Assembly: GCA_949358305.1 (NCBI GenBank)
Contig: OX442314.1
Location: 21,514,001-21,578,000, forward strand
Length of the DNA stretch: 64,000 nucleotides
DNA from: Strigamia acuminata
Lineage: Eukaryota
Reading direction: 5' to 3'
Under the pieces are notes generated by a model. The model saw only the letters and a program-made list of their open reading frames with translations. It was not told where the DNA came from and did not search any database. Both the position numbers and the translations under genes were made by a program. Below, piece by piece: positions 23,313-37,156 of this stretch; positions within the stretch are counted from its first letter, which is position 1, and every line of letters starts with the position of its first letter.

Positions 23313-26300
23313 TTATGTTGTTACATCAGTAACGGGAAAAGCTAATTTAAGTTTCTTTTCTAATGTATTGTATTTCAAAAGATGTGAAAACCGACAAAAA
23401 TGTGGCAAAAAATCAACCAACTTCACTACACTTTCATCAGTACGTGGGATAACTTCGTTGGAAAGTGATGTGAATGTGTCAACAAAATGAGAAATTATCA
23501 TAAACCTTAAACAAAATTAAAAATAAAAAATAAATTAGAAAAAATAAAACTTAATCTTTGATTTACCCACCATTTTTCTTTCAAATTTTCTTTACATTCT
23601 TCTTGAACGTAAAGTTTTTCAGCATGAGTAAAAATTAAAGCAAGAATTGTCAAACCAAACTGCAAAAAAAAAATTTAATTATAATTAATTATAAATTTGT
23701 ATAAATATTGAATTCAAAAATTACCTTTGATTGACATGAATATACAAAATGACTTTTACCAACATTGGGTAGCGTATTGTCACCTTGGTTATACATAGTC
23801 AAGCCTATTTCAACTAAATCTTCAAAACTACTATCGTTGATTATTTCGCGAAAATAAATCAAAAAATTCCACGTGCTTTGATCATGGCTAGCTTTCTTCA
23901 TGATTGGAGTAAAATATTTCAACATGGCCAACAAAATAACTCTTTTCTGGAGCTGAAAAAACAATATTTCACATAAATTTAATAAATCAAATGCAAATTA
24001 AATCAATAATAAATACTACCTTTGAAAACAAAACAAAACATCGCAAAATTAAATTTCTTCCCTTCCGGATCCCCATGATGTGAACAAATTTGTCATCAGT
24101 GGACACAGCATTAGAAAATGCATTAAATATAGAAATAATAGCGACTCTTTTTCCTTCTTCCAGTGGTTCGTGCGATTCTTTGGGCAAGGCTAAGATCTTC
24201 TTATCCGTGTCGTCGATTGTCAGGAAAATAGAATATAACTTCAAACGAAAGAAATTTAAATTTAAAATTATGCTAAATATTTGTTGAATAATAAATAAAG
24301 AAATAAATAAATTCTACCTTTTCAATTTCCAAAAGAGCTTGTCTAAACTTTCGTAGATCCTTATTAGTCGTTATTTCTCCATCCGTGTCTTCGGGATGGA
24401 ATATATCTAAATCAATAATTTTCCTAGGATAATTGACGCTCACGGCTTGCAATTTTCCCAAAGATCCCTCAAATTGCTCCGGTGTGTAGGTTCTCGTTTC
24501 CGTTTTCGTCAGCTCAGGTAACAATAGTTTTGGTTCTTCTCCTTCCGTATCACCTTCACGATTCTTTTCTAATGCCTTCTGTTTCATAAGATAAGACTAA
24601 ACAAAAAAATAAGATACAAATTAAAAATGTATAAAAATAAAAATACAGTGTAAGCTCCGTAGACCGGACATAGGACTGGTCCCAGAAAGTTGTCCGGACT
24701 AAAAGGCTGTCCGGATGGGAGAGGGGATTTAGTATTGCTGGGAATAGGTTGGGACCAAATCAGGACCTCCAAAATGTCCGGTCCACACAGCTGTCCGGAC
24801 GGTGCTATGTCCGGTTTACAGAGCTTTCACTGTAAATTAAAATGCGCACTGTATAATAGTAGTCATCCAAGTACGGATTACTCGTTTGCAATTGCAATAG
24901 TTGAATTTTTATAAGCCATTCCTTCTCTTTAGCACTCATCAGATTTGCGTAATCATCAAACTCGCCGTTAGTAGCGCTCGAACGACGTTGAAACGGAATT
25001 TGCGGGCGAACTGGTCGTTGCATTAAACTCGCCCTCGGTTGAGTCTAACAAAATAATAATAATTTTATAAAAAAAAAATATTCACTATCAACTTAAACTT
25101 ACAATTCCCAAAATTGGATGATGTACAGGCGGTATAACTCTCTGATAGGGATCCACATAACGCACCGGATAAGCGAAACGGGACCGTGGACTAAACATCG
25201 GATGATTGGGAGGAGACATTCGCCCACCAGGAAATAGCAACGGTTGACCTAGGTATGCTTGGCCTCTTGGAACTAAGAAAACCAATATAAAAATCATTCA
25301 AATCTGTTTAAAAAATCACAAATTACCCATCAAAGGCTGTTGAAATCCGACTTGTGACGGTATAAAACGTCTGGGAAACGGCGGAATCAAAATAGGTCCG
25401 GGACTCATTCCGAGATTTGGTGGAGTTCCTAAAGGTGAAGACATAGGAAGAGAAAAAGTGGGTGGCGATATGCACAAACCTGTACCCCGACACGAAAACA
25501 ATAAATTGATTAAAAATGAAAATAATTCCAACAAAATTGAATCGAAAAACTAACCGACATCCAGAGGAACTGGCGATGATCGTCGGTTAATGGACATCGG
25601 TCTCGATCGGCCCCTAAACATGTGTTGCGCATTTGATCCAATGAGGCCATTCATTTGATTTTGTGTTGCCAAATCTCTTTCAATTTCTTCCACAGTTCTG
25701 GCTCCTGCCGGAATATCGGGATATTCGAGTAATTTACTTTCAATCTCTTCTAATGTGTGAATAACTGGCGAAACACGCTGAGTTCGTGCCGCTTGGTTGG
25801 CTTGGTTCGGCGGTGTTGCTTCTATGCCGACAATTGATGGATCTTGTAACCTGAGGTCGGTTTTTTTAATTTGTTTGGTTTGCAAGTTTTGAAGAAGTGA
25901 TGGATAATTCGAATCTGATTTGTACGCTGATGTCCATATTGTGCTCGTCGAAGGCGAACCCTGGAAATTGATTTTAGAAATTTTACAATTTGTTTTGTTT
26001 TTGTTTTCGTTTAGTTGGTTCACTCACCACATTGTCTGATTCTATAATGGCGGGTGGAGGTGGCGAAATGGTGTAATAAGATCTTTTTTTGTTGTGTGTA
26101 ATTTTGCCCACATTGACAATGGCAGGATCGTCCAATTCATCGTCTAAAATTAATAATTGCGAAATGGATTGCTCGATTTCGTTTTCATCTTGTTGTCCCG
26201 AATATAAATCATCTCCGGATAAGGATTTGTTGACATATTTTTGTGGCACTTTGTCCAAACTGCTAATCGCGTTTGAATACTCATTCTTCTCGTTGCGGGA

Positions 26301-26945
26301 CGAAATCGACGAATTCCACAGCTTCGATTTAGCGTCCAACTGCGAAAACTTGGTGTGATCATCTTCCCAATCATCGCTTGCTAAACAAGAAATAAAAATC
26401 AATAAAAATCAAATTTACCTCTTTTTTTAATGTATACAACGAACAAATTTCGACATTTAAAAATAATTAACGACAAAATACGTTCGACTCGGGGTTGTAT
26501 TAAAATTTTGATTCGCTAAATGCATAATTTACAAGTTTTAGTTTCAATTTAGTAAATTCACCAATAAGATCTCCGCCAAAAGTTTCGTCATTTAAAGCAT
26601 CGTATTCGTCTTCTACGTCGTCTGTGAGAAATTCCGCCTCCAGTGATTCATATTTGCCGGCACCTAATGCCTAGATAAATTGAAAAAAGCGGGTTTGTAA
26701 TAAAATTGCACAGTAAAAATAGTTTATTCAGTAACAGCACAAAAATAAGAAGACTCTGGTTTTGTAGTCATGTGACTTTCGGGCACTGTTAGCTAACTCA
26801 ATGAAATATCTATTTAAAAATAGCGTATTCAACGGGTGTTTCACCTTAAGTGTGAAACAAACACTCAATTTTCTTTTAAAATTATTAAGAACAAACTCGG
26901 ACATACAGGCAAATTGCTGTCAACCCCAAAAAACGGCTCCGTCAT
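23313..26945 (-). CDS. PATL1: PAT1 / PATL1 mRNA decapping activator (P-body protein)
   Basis: ATG 26945 (MTEPFFGVD). N-terminal [11 protein letters not shown] and DDWEDDH motifs, a Pro-rich middle region, the conserved [33 protein letters not shown] and [21 protein letters not shown] motifs, and a helical C-domain; stop at 23313. Confidence 0.93.
24646..24832. mobile_element. pogo/Tigger-like MITE in PAT1 intron
   Basis: TA-CAGTG(T/A)AAGCTC(C/T)GTA(G/A)ACCGGACATAG TIR of about 28 bp, TA on both flanks, internal TGTCCGGA subrepeats. Confidence 0.85.
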
Positions 26946-27431
26946 AGTCAAGTTACTCCTACATTCATAATGGCATTTCGGCATACCACTTCTAGCGAAA
27001 ACGAGATTCAGCTATTGGCTTGGAAAACGGAATTTTATTTCCAATATGACATTTCTGTTAGTTATAATGTTTTTATTTCTTTTGAGACATTTCGTTTTAT
27101 TCTATTCTGTTGTAAGTGCTAAATATAATTCATTTAAATGAACTTATTCTTATGATTTAAACATTTATCAGTTCAGTATTTAGCTGTTACCCAAATCCCG
27201 GCGAACTGTGATGTCATACTGCGTCTCTACCTTACACAAAAAAGCATATTTTCTTTTGCATTTTAATCCAATTGAAGTTCCGTTTTATTCTGAGTTATCT
27301 TTATGCTTGTACATTTCTGTTTATTGTTATTTTTGTTTGAATAAAAGAACTTTAAATAAAAACACAATCACATAAACATATAAAATGAATAAATTTAGCC
27401 GCATTTTTATTTTTTTATTTTTTAATTCAGG

Positions 27432-27647
27432 ATGTCGAACCTGGAAATTTCCGCCAAAGCGCGGGAATTACCTACCGTATTTGACCTTGGACGAACACTT
27501 AGATTTGACATGGTTTTTAGAAAATCTCTTGTCAACTTCGATAATAATAGTCAGAATCAGAAAAAGGGTGTTTATCAACGAAAGGGTAGTTGGATTGTAA
27601 GCACCGCTCAACCCACAACAGCAACACAAAAGGCGATGGAGGAATGA
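27432..27647 (+). CDS. Putative 71-aa small protein, divergent from PAT1
   Basis: The ATG directly follows a strong acceptor (poly-T...TTCAG, 27430). Candidate upstream donor GTAAGT at 27112, and AATAAA at 27727. No recognisable domain. Confidence 0.35.
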   Translation: MSNLEISAKARELPTVFDLGRTLRFDMVFRKSLVNFDNNSQNQKKGVYQRKGSWIVSTAQPTTATQKAMEE

Positions 27648-28234
27648 CATCATCAATTGAATCTTTTCTACGTAATCGAAAAAGTCAACGAAATTTTTTA
27701 ATTTGACTGTGTGATCAAAACTGTGAAATAAAGGTTTTCTGCATTAATTCTTCCACGAATAATGTATAAAAAACATCTGCAACACAATTACACAACTCAA
27801 CTTGCCTACACCTGATCCGACAAAACATGTTTTTTTTTTAATACAGAAAAATATCAACAATTAATCTTTTGGAATCCGCAACATGATTCATAAAAGGGAA
27901 TATCAGTTCTTTTGAATTGATATCTCAAATAGATCTTCAAACATCTTTAATGTCAACGTTCTTTGAGTGTCACGCTTCACGGTGGTGAGGCGCACTCTCG
28001 CAGTAAAATATTGCAACTTTATGGTTGCCAAGCCGACGCAAGTAGAATGTGACAATCATCTGGATCGTGAATAGTGGCATAACAAATATCTGACGTTCGA
28101 GTTGCAAGTTGTTTCTTTTATTTGCTTTCTTCAAGCTGTAAAGTATTACACAGTCGAAGTGTTTTACTTTTACTTTTAATTACCGGTATGTTAGTATCCC
28201 AAAACAACAAAAATTAAATTTCTATTTTTCTAGC

Positions 28235-31200
28235 CTAGCGAGGTACGGCGCAAATAGGTTGAACTTTTGGCATAGTTACAACAGAATAATGATAATCAAA
28301 GTCGATTGTATCATTAACTCTTTTGAAAGTAAAGTGTTGCAACATGGATGTAAAATAAAGAAATAATTCCATTCTTACTAATGATTCCCCCATGCACTGT
28401 CGTTTCCCTGTAAAACAACATTCAATCAAACACACATTGCATAAGTAATAGATAAACATACCCATAGAAAATGGAACAAACTCTTCAAATCGTTTCACTT
28501 GTCTATCATCTGTTAAAAACCTTTCTGGCTTAAATTTAAATGGCTCAGGAAAGAGTTCTGGATCGTGATGAGCGGCCCACAAATTGGGAATAATTGTCAT
28601 TCCACTTGGTATAAATTTTCCTAGCAACGTGGTCTCTGATAGGCTCCTAAGAAATCAAGCAAGCAGTTTAAAGCAAAATGTTTGTGATAAATTTCTGCAG
28701 TGTACCTGTGTGTAACAGAAAGAGGAACAATAGTCACAATTCTGTTGACTTCCATTAAAACGGCTTCTGTAAAGGGCATCGACTTCTGGTCTGTCATTGA
28801 AGGTGTTCTTTCACTGCCAATCACATCTTCAATTTCTTGTTGTACTTTAGCCTGGGTATCAGCATGTTCTATCATATACAGCAAACTCCATCCCAATGTG
28901 TTTGTTGTTGTATCACTTCCGGCAGCAAACAGATCAAATAAAACCATTGGCAACTGAATTTCTGAAAATTTGGCACAAGAAAAAAAATTAATGCCTGAAT
29001 ACAAAATCATTTAACTATTTATTTCTTACTTGTTACATGTTTAAATTGGGTATTTGTATTCAAAGATTCTGTAAGCCAAACGTCAATAAAGCTGTTCTCG
29101 TTCATAGCTTCACTGTGCATCTCTGCACGCTTTTCCACAAACTTTTGAAGGGTTTTTTTCATTTCAAAATAAGCAGGACTGTATATATGAAACTACTATA
29201 ACGTATTGTGTCTACATATAACATTTAAAATTAATTTACGTACTATGATGAACGTACTCCAAAAAACTTCAGCAAGAATGGAAAGTGGAGACACTTCGGG
29301 ATAAGAGCCGTCGCTGTACTACCTCCTGAGAGTCTGATGACCTCGTTAGATAAAACCAACAACTTATTAAACATTTCATCTTGATAGTCAAACCGTTTGC
29401 CAGAAATTAAGACGCATATAACATTGGTTACGCTTTTACGTATATGCTCGCCCATATCTGGTATAGTTTGCCCTTTAAAAGACTTAATTTCCTCCAAAAA
29501 ATAATGAATTTCATCCTAAAAATAAAAATAAATCATTCAAATTTGTATCACACTGTAACGTATTAATCTGAAAATTCTAACTTTAATTTGAGGTTCTAAA
29601 CTTGATTTTCCAAATCCAAAATCTCTCATAGTTGATAATGAAAATCGGCGAATTTCTGTCCACGCGGCGCCATTACTCATAACAATACCTAAAGTAATGA
29701 ACCAAAACTTTCAATCTATTGCAAACTATAGCCCAATTAAATAATTGTACCTTGCGGATCTTTAGGGTTGACAGGATGTCTTAAAGGTCTTCCTGCAAAA
29801 ATATCAGCTTGGTTCACTAGTGCTGCTTTGATAGCTTTGAAGGAATTTAAAAAAATAGCTTCTCCAGTCCCCATGTTAATTCTAAAAAGTAAAATTAACT
29901 CATAAATTATACTCCGTAATTTTTATTTAATGTTATTGTTGAATCAGGAATAAGAGATATGAGATGAGGATTAAAGGAATAAACAAGTTTAGTATTTACT
30001 TTTATCTTTGGTACAATAACAATGATATCAGCACATAGCTTTCATAAATATAATTAACTACAACTAACAAAACTCCGCCTGAAAGCGATGTCGGTTCTCA
30101 GGGTTTTTATTCTCTTTTCGGTGGCGTTCTCAACATGTGGTGCATTGCACCGGAATTGATCTACTAAGTTCCCATCGCTCCTGTGGCGATCATGCCGGCA
30201 GACATCATCCTCTTTTTCGGATCCCCGGAGTTTTTATTTCCGGTCGATTGCTTTTCCCTTTTTGGCTTGCTGCAATCTCGGGCAAAATGACCAAATTTGC
30301 CACAATTATAACATTTGACGCCTTTGGTCGTTGTTTTTTGCTTTTGTGCTGAGAGCACCGAATTCTCGCTTTTTGTCGCACTTTTCATCATCCGGCAAGT
30401 TGATTCCGCCAAGAGCATTTCTTTTACTCGTTTGGTCGTGAAGTCATTCACCTAGACCGCACAGCAGAGCCCACGCAAGTTCCATATCCGATACGGTCTG
30501 TCCTGCGTTCGTCAAATGCTCGGCGCACTCGAATATTCGCGACAAATAGCTTTCCATACTCATGTCTGGCATTTTCACAGTCGTGTACAACTCCTTTCTG
30601 AGTTGCACAATCCTCAGTGGATTCTTCGACTGGTAAATCCCTTTCAGGGTATCCCATGCGTCCTTTGGCGATTTTAAACAGCGAATATGATATTGCTGCT
30701 GCACCTTGATGGTCAGACCGATTATTGCAAATGCCTTGCTTTGCTTTTCTGCCAACTTTGTTGGATCTTCTTCCGTCTCGGTCCCGTCGACCACTCCAAA
30801 CAGCTGCTGTTCGTCAAGTACCAGCTTGGTATTGAATGCCCAGGACGTATAATTTGAGCCATCCAGTTTTTCTATCCCAAATACAGTCAATGATGACGAT
30901 GTCATTGATGTGGTCGATTCGGCCATTATGAAGAAATTCGCGTTTTGTAAAATCCGGATGGTTTCAATATCTTATGTGTCTGTATTGCGTCGTTTATCAC
31001 CTTCAATGTGTCGTCAATATGTTTAAATTACGTCCCCAAACGTTTCTAGCTTGTTCAAGTCCTTTCTGAACTTTTTCGGGCAATTTTCGCCGAGATTCGA
31101 CCTGCAACTCACTGTTGACGGCTTCGCAATTTGCTTTGCACTCCTGGCACAGTCCTGTGTGTCCAGTTGACCAGTCTTGTCGTCAGGCTTAAATTCGACT

Positions 31201-31711
31201 CGTACTTGCTTGAGACTCTTGCTGCGTCGGCATTCGAATCTCACGTCCTAATTGTCAACACTTATCTTCAGATTCCCGATAGACACGTTTATATGCATGT
31301 CGAACCCATAACCAGTTTGTTGTATCAGGAATAAGATATATGTGGTGAGGATTAAAGGAATAAACAAGTTTAGTATTTACTCCATCTTTGGTACAATACA
31401 AAGGGAACAGCTGTTGTCATAGCAACAGTATATAGCGCGCACAATAACAATGATATCAGCACATGGCTTTCATAAGTGTGATTATTCTGTCCATACCTTA
31501 TTAAATCTCCGTATTGTTTTCTCATATTAGCAACTGTAATGTGTGGTTTTGCACCTAAGAATAATTTATATCCGAAATGCGGTATGCCCCATGGTCCTGG
31601 CGGTAGGTTTTTTGGTCTTTCGAGGTAGACAATTAAGAACCAGGTTGTAATCAATATTATTAAAACAAGAAGTAGTTGAACTTCTAAGTTATTGATGTCA
31701 AAACAAACCAT
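28235..31711 (-). CDS. Cytochrome P450, clan 2 (CYP2-like), paralog 1
   Basis: TM anchor, LPPGPWGIP hinge, C-helix WTEIRRFS, I-helix AAGSDTT, EVNR (ExxR), PERF, heme motif [13 protein letters not shown]. Intron 1 (29882-31496) is enlarged by a Copia insertion. Confidence 0.93.
29937..31475 (-). mobile_element. Ty1/Copia LTR retrotransposon, internally deleted (gag only)
   Basis: Direct repeats at 29937-30069 and 31318-31475. Copia-type PBS GGTTATGGG next to the 5' LTR and PPT AGGCGGAG next to the 3' LTR. Gag ORF 30444-30926 ([14 protein letters not shown]...), zinc knuckle [14 protein letters not shown], and a protease-motif remnant INSGAMHHM. No RT or integrase. Confidence 0.9.
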
Positions 31712-32638
31712 GATGAAATTGATTCAACACTAGTCAACTCAAAAGTGAACTACAACTACAGGTATCTCAACAACTAGGTGTCTATTGACACATTTATTCA
31801 ATCTGATTGTAGAAGAGAGAGATTACGGTAAAATTGCCTAATAATTGAAATACACTCTAAAAAAAGTAATGAAAGATTAATTTTCCAGGGTGATATTATA
31901 AGGTTACAAAAGGGTTGGCTTTTTTTATATTTGTAATCGGCATGTATTTCTGCTGTTAAAAATTTCGCATTTGCAAAGTATGCAAGTATGCATCTGCAAA
32001 GGTTTCGTTCTTTCAAACCAAAATAAAGTGAAAACTATGCTCTTACTGTTGGTACACTTGCACTTTTATTGGTTCCATATCTAATCAAAAATACACTCGT
32101 GTAATTCTTTGTATTATTTAGCTTATCTTTTATCACAAGTTAAAAAGTACTTTGCAGTCTGTGGTTTTTATGGATTTCACAATAATAATCGTAATAAAAA
32201 CACTGCAAACCTGAACTCTATTTATTAATTTTATTTAAATTCTCATAAAAATTCATTTACATGTACGTCTACAATAGATGTTTTAAATGTTTTGACGAAT
32301 ATGTTTTTACCACAGAGAAGAAAGAGCTGAGGTAAGAGTTGAAATGGAATTATGCCAAGTATTTGTATTTTCGTTGGATTCAAGTTTATATTTCGTTTTA
32401 TTATTATAAGGGAGTTTTCAGCACTCGAATAAAAATCACATTACGGTATAAAGAATCGGAAATTATAAATGTTTGTACTTAATTACATGTTTATTAGAAT
32501 TATTAATCGTATTACACAATATTAAAAATGCTGCTCTTTATTTAAAAACCAATTGAAAGAATAAACAACTAAAAATTTAGTCTAATATTTCATGAAATTT
32601 TACTAACAATTATCGAATTAAAAATGGTTGCTGCATTC

Positions 32639-34477
32639 CTACCCAGTACGAGGAATAGCACGAACTGGCTGAACCTTGGGTACGGTAATCAGAGAGTAAG
32701 TGTAATCAAAATCAACCGTATCTCTAACTTTCTTAAAAGTAAAGTGTTGCAACATGGATGTAAAATAGAGGAATAATTCCATTCTTGCTAACGATTCTCC
32801 CAAGCACTGTCGCTTCCCTGCAATTCATTCTTTGTCACAATTAAATGTTCAAAATTACAACAACAATCCTTTTTACCCATTGAAAAGGGAATAAGTTCCT
32901 GAATCCGTTTCAATTGCCCACCATCATTCAAAAACCGTTCTGGTTGAAATTTGAAGGGTTCAGGAAAAATTTCTGGATCATGATGTACAGCCCACAGATT
33001 TAATCCTACGGCAGCTCCTTTAGGAATAAATCTTCCAAAGACTGTCGTGTCAGCTTGGCAACTATAAACATTGAAGTGTTTTAATTAATTACGGAGTAAA
33101 AGATACTTCGAGACCCAAATACCTATGTGCAACCACCGGAACAATAGTTACAATTCTACCGACTTCCAGTAAAACAGCTTCTGTGTAAGGCATTAATTTT
33201 TGATCTGCCATTGAAGGCGCTCTGTCACTTCCAATCACATCATCTATTTCTTTGTGCACTTTAGCTTGGACATCGGGATGTTCCATCATATAAAGCAAAC
33301 TCCATCCGAGTGTGTTTGTTGTCGTGTCACTTCCAGCAAAAAACAAATCCAATAAAACACCCGACAGTTGCTTTCCTGAAATTAATTCAATGCCATACAA
33401 CGACCTAAGATTATTGGATATAGATTACTTGTTATGTACTTCGTCCTGGCTTTCTTGGCTTCTGAAAGCCAGGCACCAATGAAGTTATCATCAGTATCTC
33501 CATCGTGAGTTTTTTCATAATTATCGACCATAGTCGCATAAATTTTCATTATTTGCACAGCTGTTTCACTACAAAACATGTATAAAATTAATAATTGAAT
33601 AATAATAACATAAACTAACGTACCCAGGTGATTTGACTCCTAAAATATTAAGAAAAGCTTTAAACCTGAGCGGTCTAGGCACAAGGTAAAGCACTTTATC
33701 GACTCCTACACGAGCGAAATGCTCTTTGGATATAGCCAACAATTCATTTAGACTTTTGTCGTTATAATCGAAGCGATTGCCTGTCATCATAGCGTTAATA
33801 ACATTGGTTATGCTTTTCCGTATAAATTCTGAAATATCTGGTATTGTTTGTCCCTTGAAAGCTTCAACTTCTTTTAAGAAATACTGTATTTCATCCTAAA
33901 TTAAAGCTATATTATAGTTTTAAAATTGATGTTGATGCATTTTTAAAAACCGTGATTTTAGGTTCCAAACTTGATTTTCCAATTCCCAAGTCACGCAATT
34001 TTGATAGTGAAAATCGACGCATTTCTGACCACGCTTCGCCGTTGCTTCTTAATACACCTGGAGTCTCCTCCAATTCGAGAGGTAAAGTCTCGAGTTGTTT
34101 TGCAGCAAATATTTCACCTTGTTTTACAAGTACTTCTTTAATACCGTCGAAAGAAAGGACGTAATATGTGTATCCATTTCCCATGTTAATTCTAACAAAT
34201 AAAGCAAACAAAAATTGGGTCATTTATTCACACGAGAATAGATAGTTTAGTTGTCTTACCTTACAAAATCTCCATATTTTTTTCTCAAATTTGTAACAGT
34301 AATATGCGGTTTAGGCCCTAAAAAAAATTTATATCCTACTATTGGTAATCCCCAGGGTCCGGGCGGCGAATTTTTTGGTGTTTTTAAGTATGTGAGTAAC
34401 AACCATGATATGAATATAATAATAACAGCAAGAACTAATTGAGTTTGCAAATCGTTAATTGCAAAATTACAATTCAT
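32639..34477 (-). CDS. Cytochrome P450, clan 2, paralog 2
   Basis: [45 protein letters not shown]. All exons join in frame; stop TAG at 32639. Confidence 0.92.
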
Positions 34478-35174
34478 TTTGATGAAGTATTGCAACGAAG
34501 AAAGCTCAACCTTCACTCAATTGTTCTCATCTAGACAACACGGTTAAATGTAGTAATCATCAAATCTTATCATTTGTCGGAAATCTTTTTTTTAGTCACC
34601 TTGACAACATGGGGTTTATAAATTAAGCTCGTTCAATAGTAAATGTCTTAACATTTAATTTTCGTTAGTGGACTTTCGTATAATGAAAATATTCAATTTT
34701 ATTTTAATTTTATTTGTTTACTTTTTATTTTATTTATTAAGTTCTCATAGAGGAAATATTTGTGAGCTTTGGTCATTTTTACGACAGCTTTTACCGTAGT
34801 TCCAATAATTCTATCGTGGAAGAGAAAATAGTAGGCGTATTAAAAAAATATAAAGAAGTTTAGATGACTTTGTGAATACGTCTAGTGTTTGTAGGGATAG
34901 ACGAAAACCACGACTAAAACCCATCCAGAATTTTTGAAAATAGACTTTTCTTATCTAAGCAAAAAACAGTCTCATTCTACTGTCATTCATTTTAATCATA
35001 ATTACAACTTATCTTCTTCACAGTTAAATCACGATAAAAAATAAATCAATTTCAGGGATTTTATTTAATCTTTAAAAACTTTGTTCAATAAATTGTATCA
35101 AAATTGTATCAAAATCATTAAAGATTATATATCTGTTAAAGTTGAACAATTTTTCCGTTCTGCTTTTGTTTCTC

Positions 35175-37156
35175 TTAGTCCTCAATTGAAATTAATTCAC
35201 GAGGTTCAGCATATATAGGTTGAGCTTTCGGCATGATTACAATTGAATAATCGTAATCAAAATCCACTTGATTATTTACTTTCCTGAAACGTAAGTGTTG
35301 CAACATGGATGTAAAATAAAGAAATAATTCCATTCTTGCTAGTGATTCGCCCATACACTGTCGCTTCCCTGCAAAACAATGTTTCATATTCAGCCACTTG
35401 CAGCACTTGACAGATGTGTGTTTTATTAACCTACCAATAGAAAATGGAATAAATTCTTCAATTCGCTTTACTTTACCATCGTCGGTTAAAAATCGTTCTG
35501 GTTTAAATTTCTCCGGTTCAGGAAATAGTTCTGGATCATTGTGTACAGCCCATAAGTTCGGTATGACCGTCGTTCCTTTTGGAATAAATTTTCCCAACAA
35601 TGTGGCATCACTGTCGGCGCTAGTCATAAAGAAAACGTCTTACAATCGAAGAAATATGGTATTACTTACTCACATACCAATGTACAACAGCAAGAGGCAC
35701 AAGTGTTACGATTCTGCTGACTTCCATTAAAATTGCTTCCGTGTAAGGCATTAGTTTTTGATCGGACATTGCAGGGGTTCTTTCTCTCCCTATTACATCA
35801 TCGATTTCTTTTTGCACTTTAGTCTGAACATCAGGATACGCAATCATATACAGTAAACTCCATCCCAGTGTATTTGTTGAAGTGTCACCTCCAGCAATAA
35901 ATAGATCAAATAAAACCGATGAAAGTTGACTTTCTGAAAACCATGGAACCATCAGTAATGGTATCAAATAAGTACCAGTATGTTAAACAACAATACTTGT
36001 TAAATATTTGGAATGATCATTTTTCTTTACAGATTCAGAAAGCCATGCATCAATAAAGCTGTTCTGACTTTCTGCTACGTGATTAACCTCAAACTTGTCT
36101 ACAATACTTGATATAACACTTATCATTTCTGACAATGTCTCTCTGTAAATATGATATGACAGTTAGTTCACCACCTCAAATTATTAGCATTTTAAATGCA
36201 ACCAAAACGTACAGGTACGATTGAATTCTCAATAATTTTATGAGAAACTTGAATCTAAGCTTCCTAGGAATAAGAGCCAGAACTCTATTAATCCCTAATC
36301 GCCGTACATGTTCTTTAGATAAGTACACCAATTTTTTAAACATTTCATCTTCATAATCAAAACGGTCCCCGGTCATTACAATGCAAATTACATTCGTTGT
36401 ACTTTGGCGTAAAAACTCGCCAATATCAGGTATGGGCTGTCCTTTAAAACCTTTCACTGCCTGTAGAAAGTGATGAATTTCATCCTGTGTAAAAATACAA
36501 GAAATTTGACCGGTGTATTACACGATTTGTGTATTTCCTTTGCTACGTTAATTCGAGGTTCTAATGAAGATTTTCCAAATCCGAAATCTCTCAATTTTGA
36601 TAAGGAAAAGCGTCGAAGTTCTGACCAGATTTTACCAGTGCTTCGAATAATACCTAATGATTGATATAAAAAAAAATTAATAAAAATAAAAACTACAAAT
36701 TGATCAACGTATATAAAAATTGCTCGATTTGCAGCAATGCTACAATACCCAAATTTTCTAGTAAGTTTTTTGATATTTTTGGAATGGGCCGACCCGAAAA
36801 AACACCAGCTTGGTTTACAAGTGCTTGTTTAACAGCGTTGTAGGATGATAAAAAAATAACATGTTCAAAGCCCATATTAATTCTAAGTAATGGAAGAAAA
36901 TATATTAATTTCATACAGCACCGTATTGCACAATTAATTAATTTATTTACCTTACAACATCGCCATACTTTTTTCTCATGTTGGCAACTGTAATGTGAGG
37001 TTTTTTACCTAAAAAAAATGCGTAACCAATAATTGGCAAACCCCATGGTCCTGAAGGAAGATCTTTTGGGATGTTTAAGTAAACCAATAATAACCAACTC
37101 GTCAAAATTATTATAAAAGAAATAATTAGTAAATTATCAATAGCAAAATCCAACAT
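35175..37156 (-). CDS. Cytochrome P450, clan 2, paralog 3
   Basis: [42 protein letters not shown]. Confidence 0.92.
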
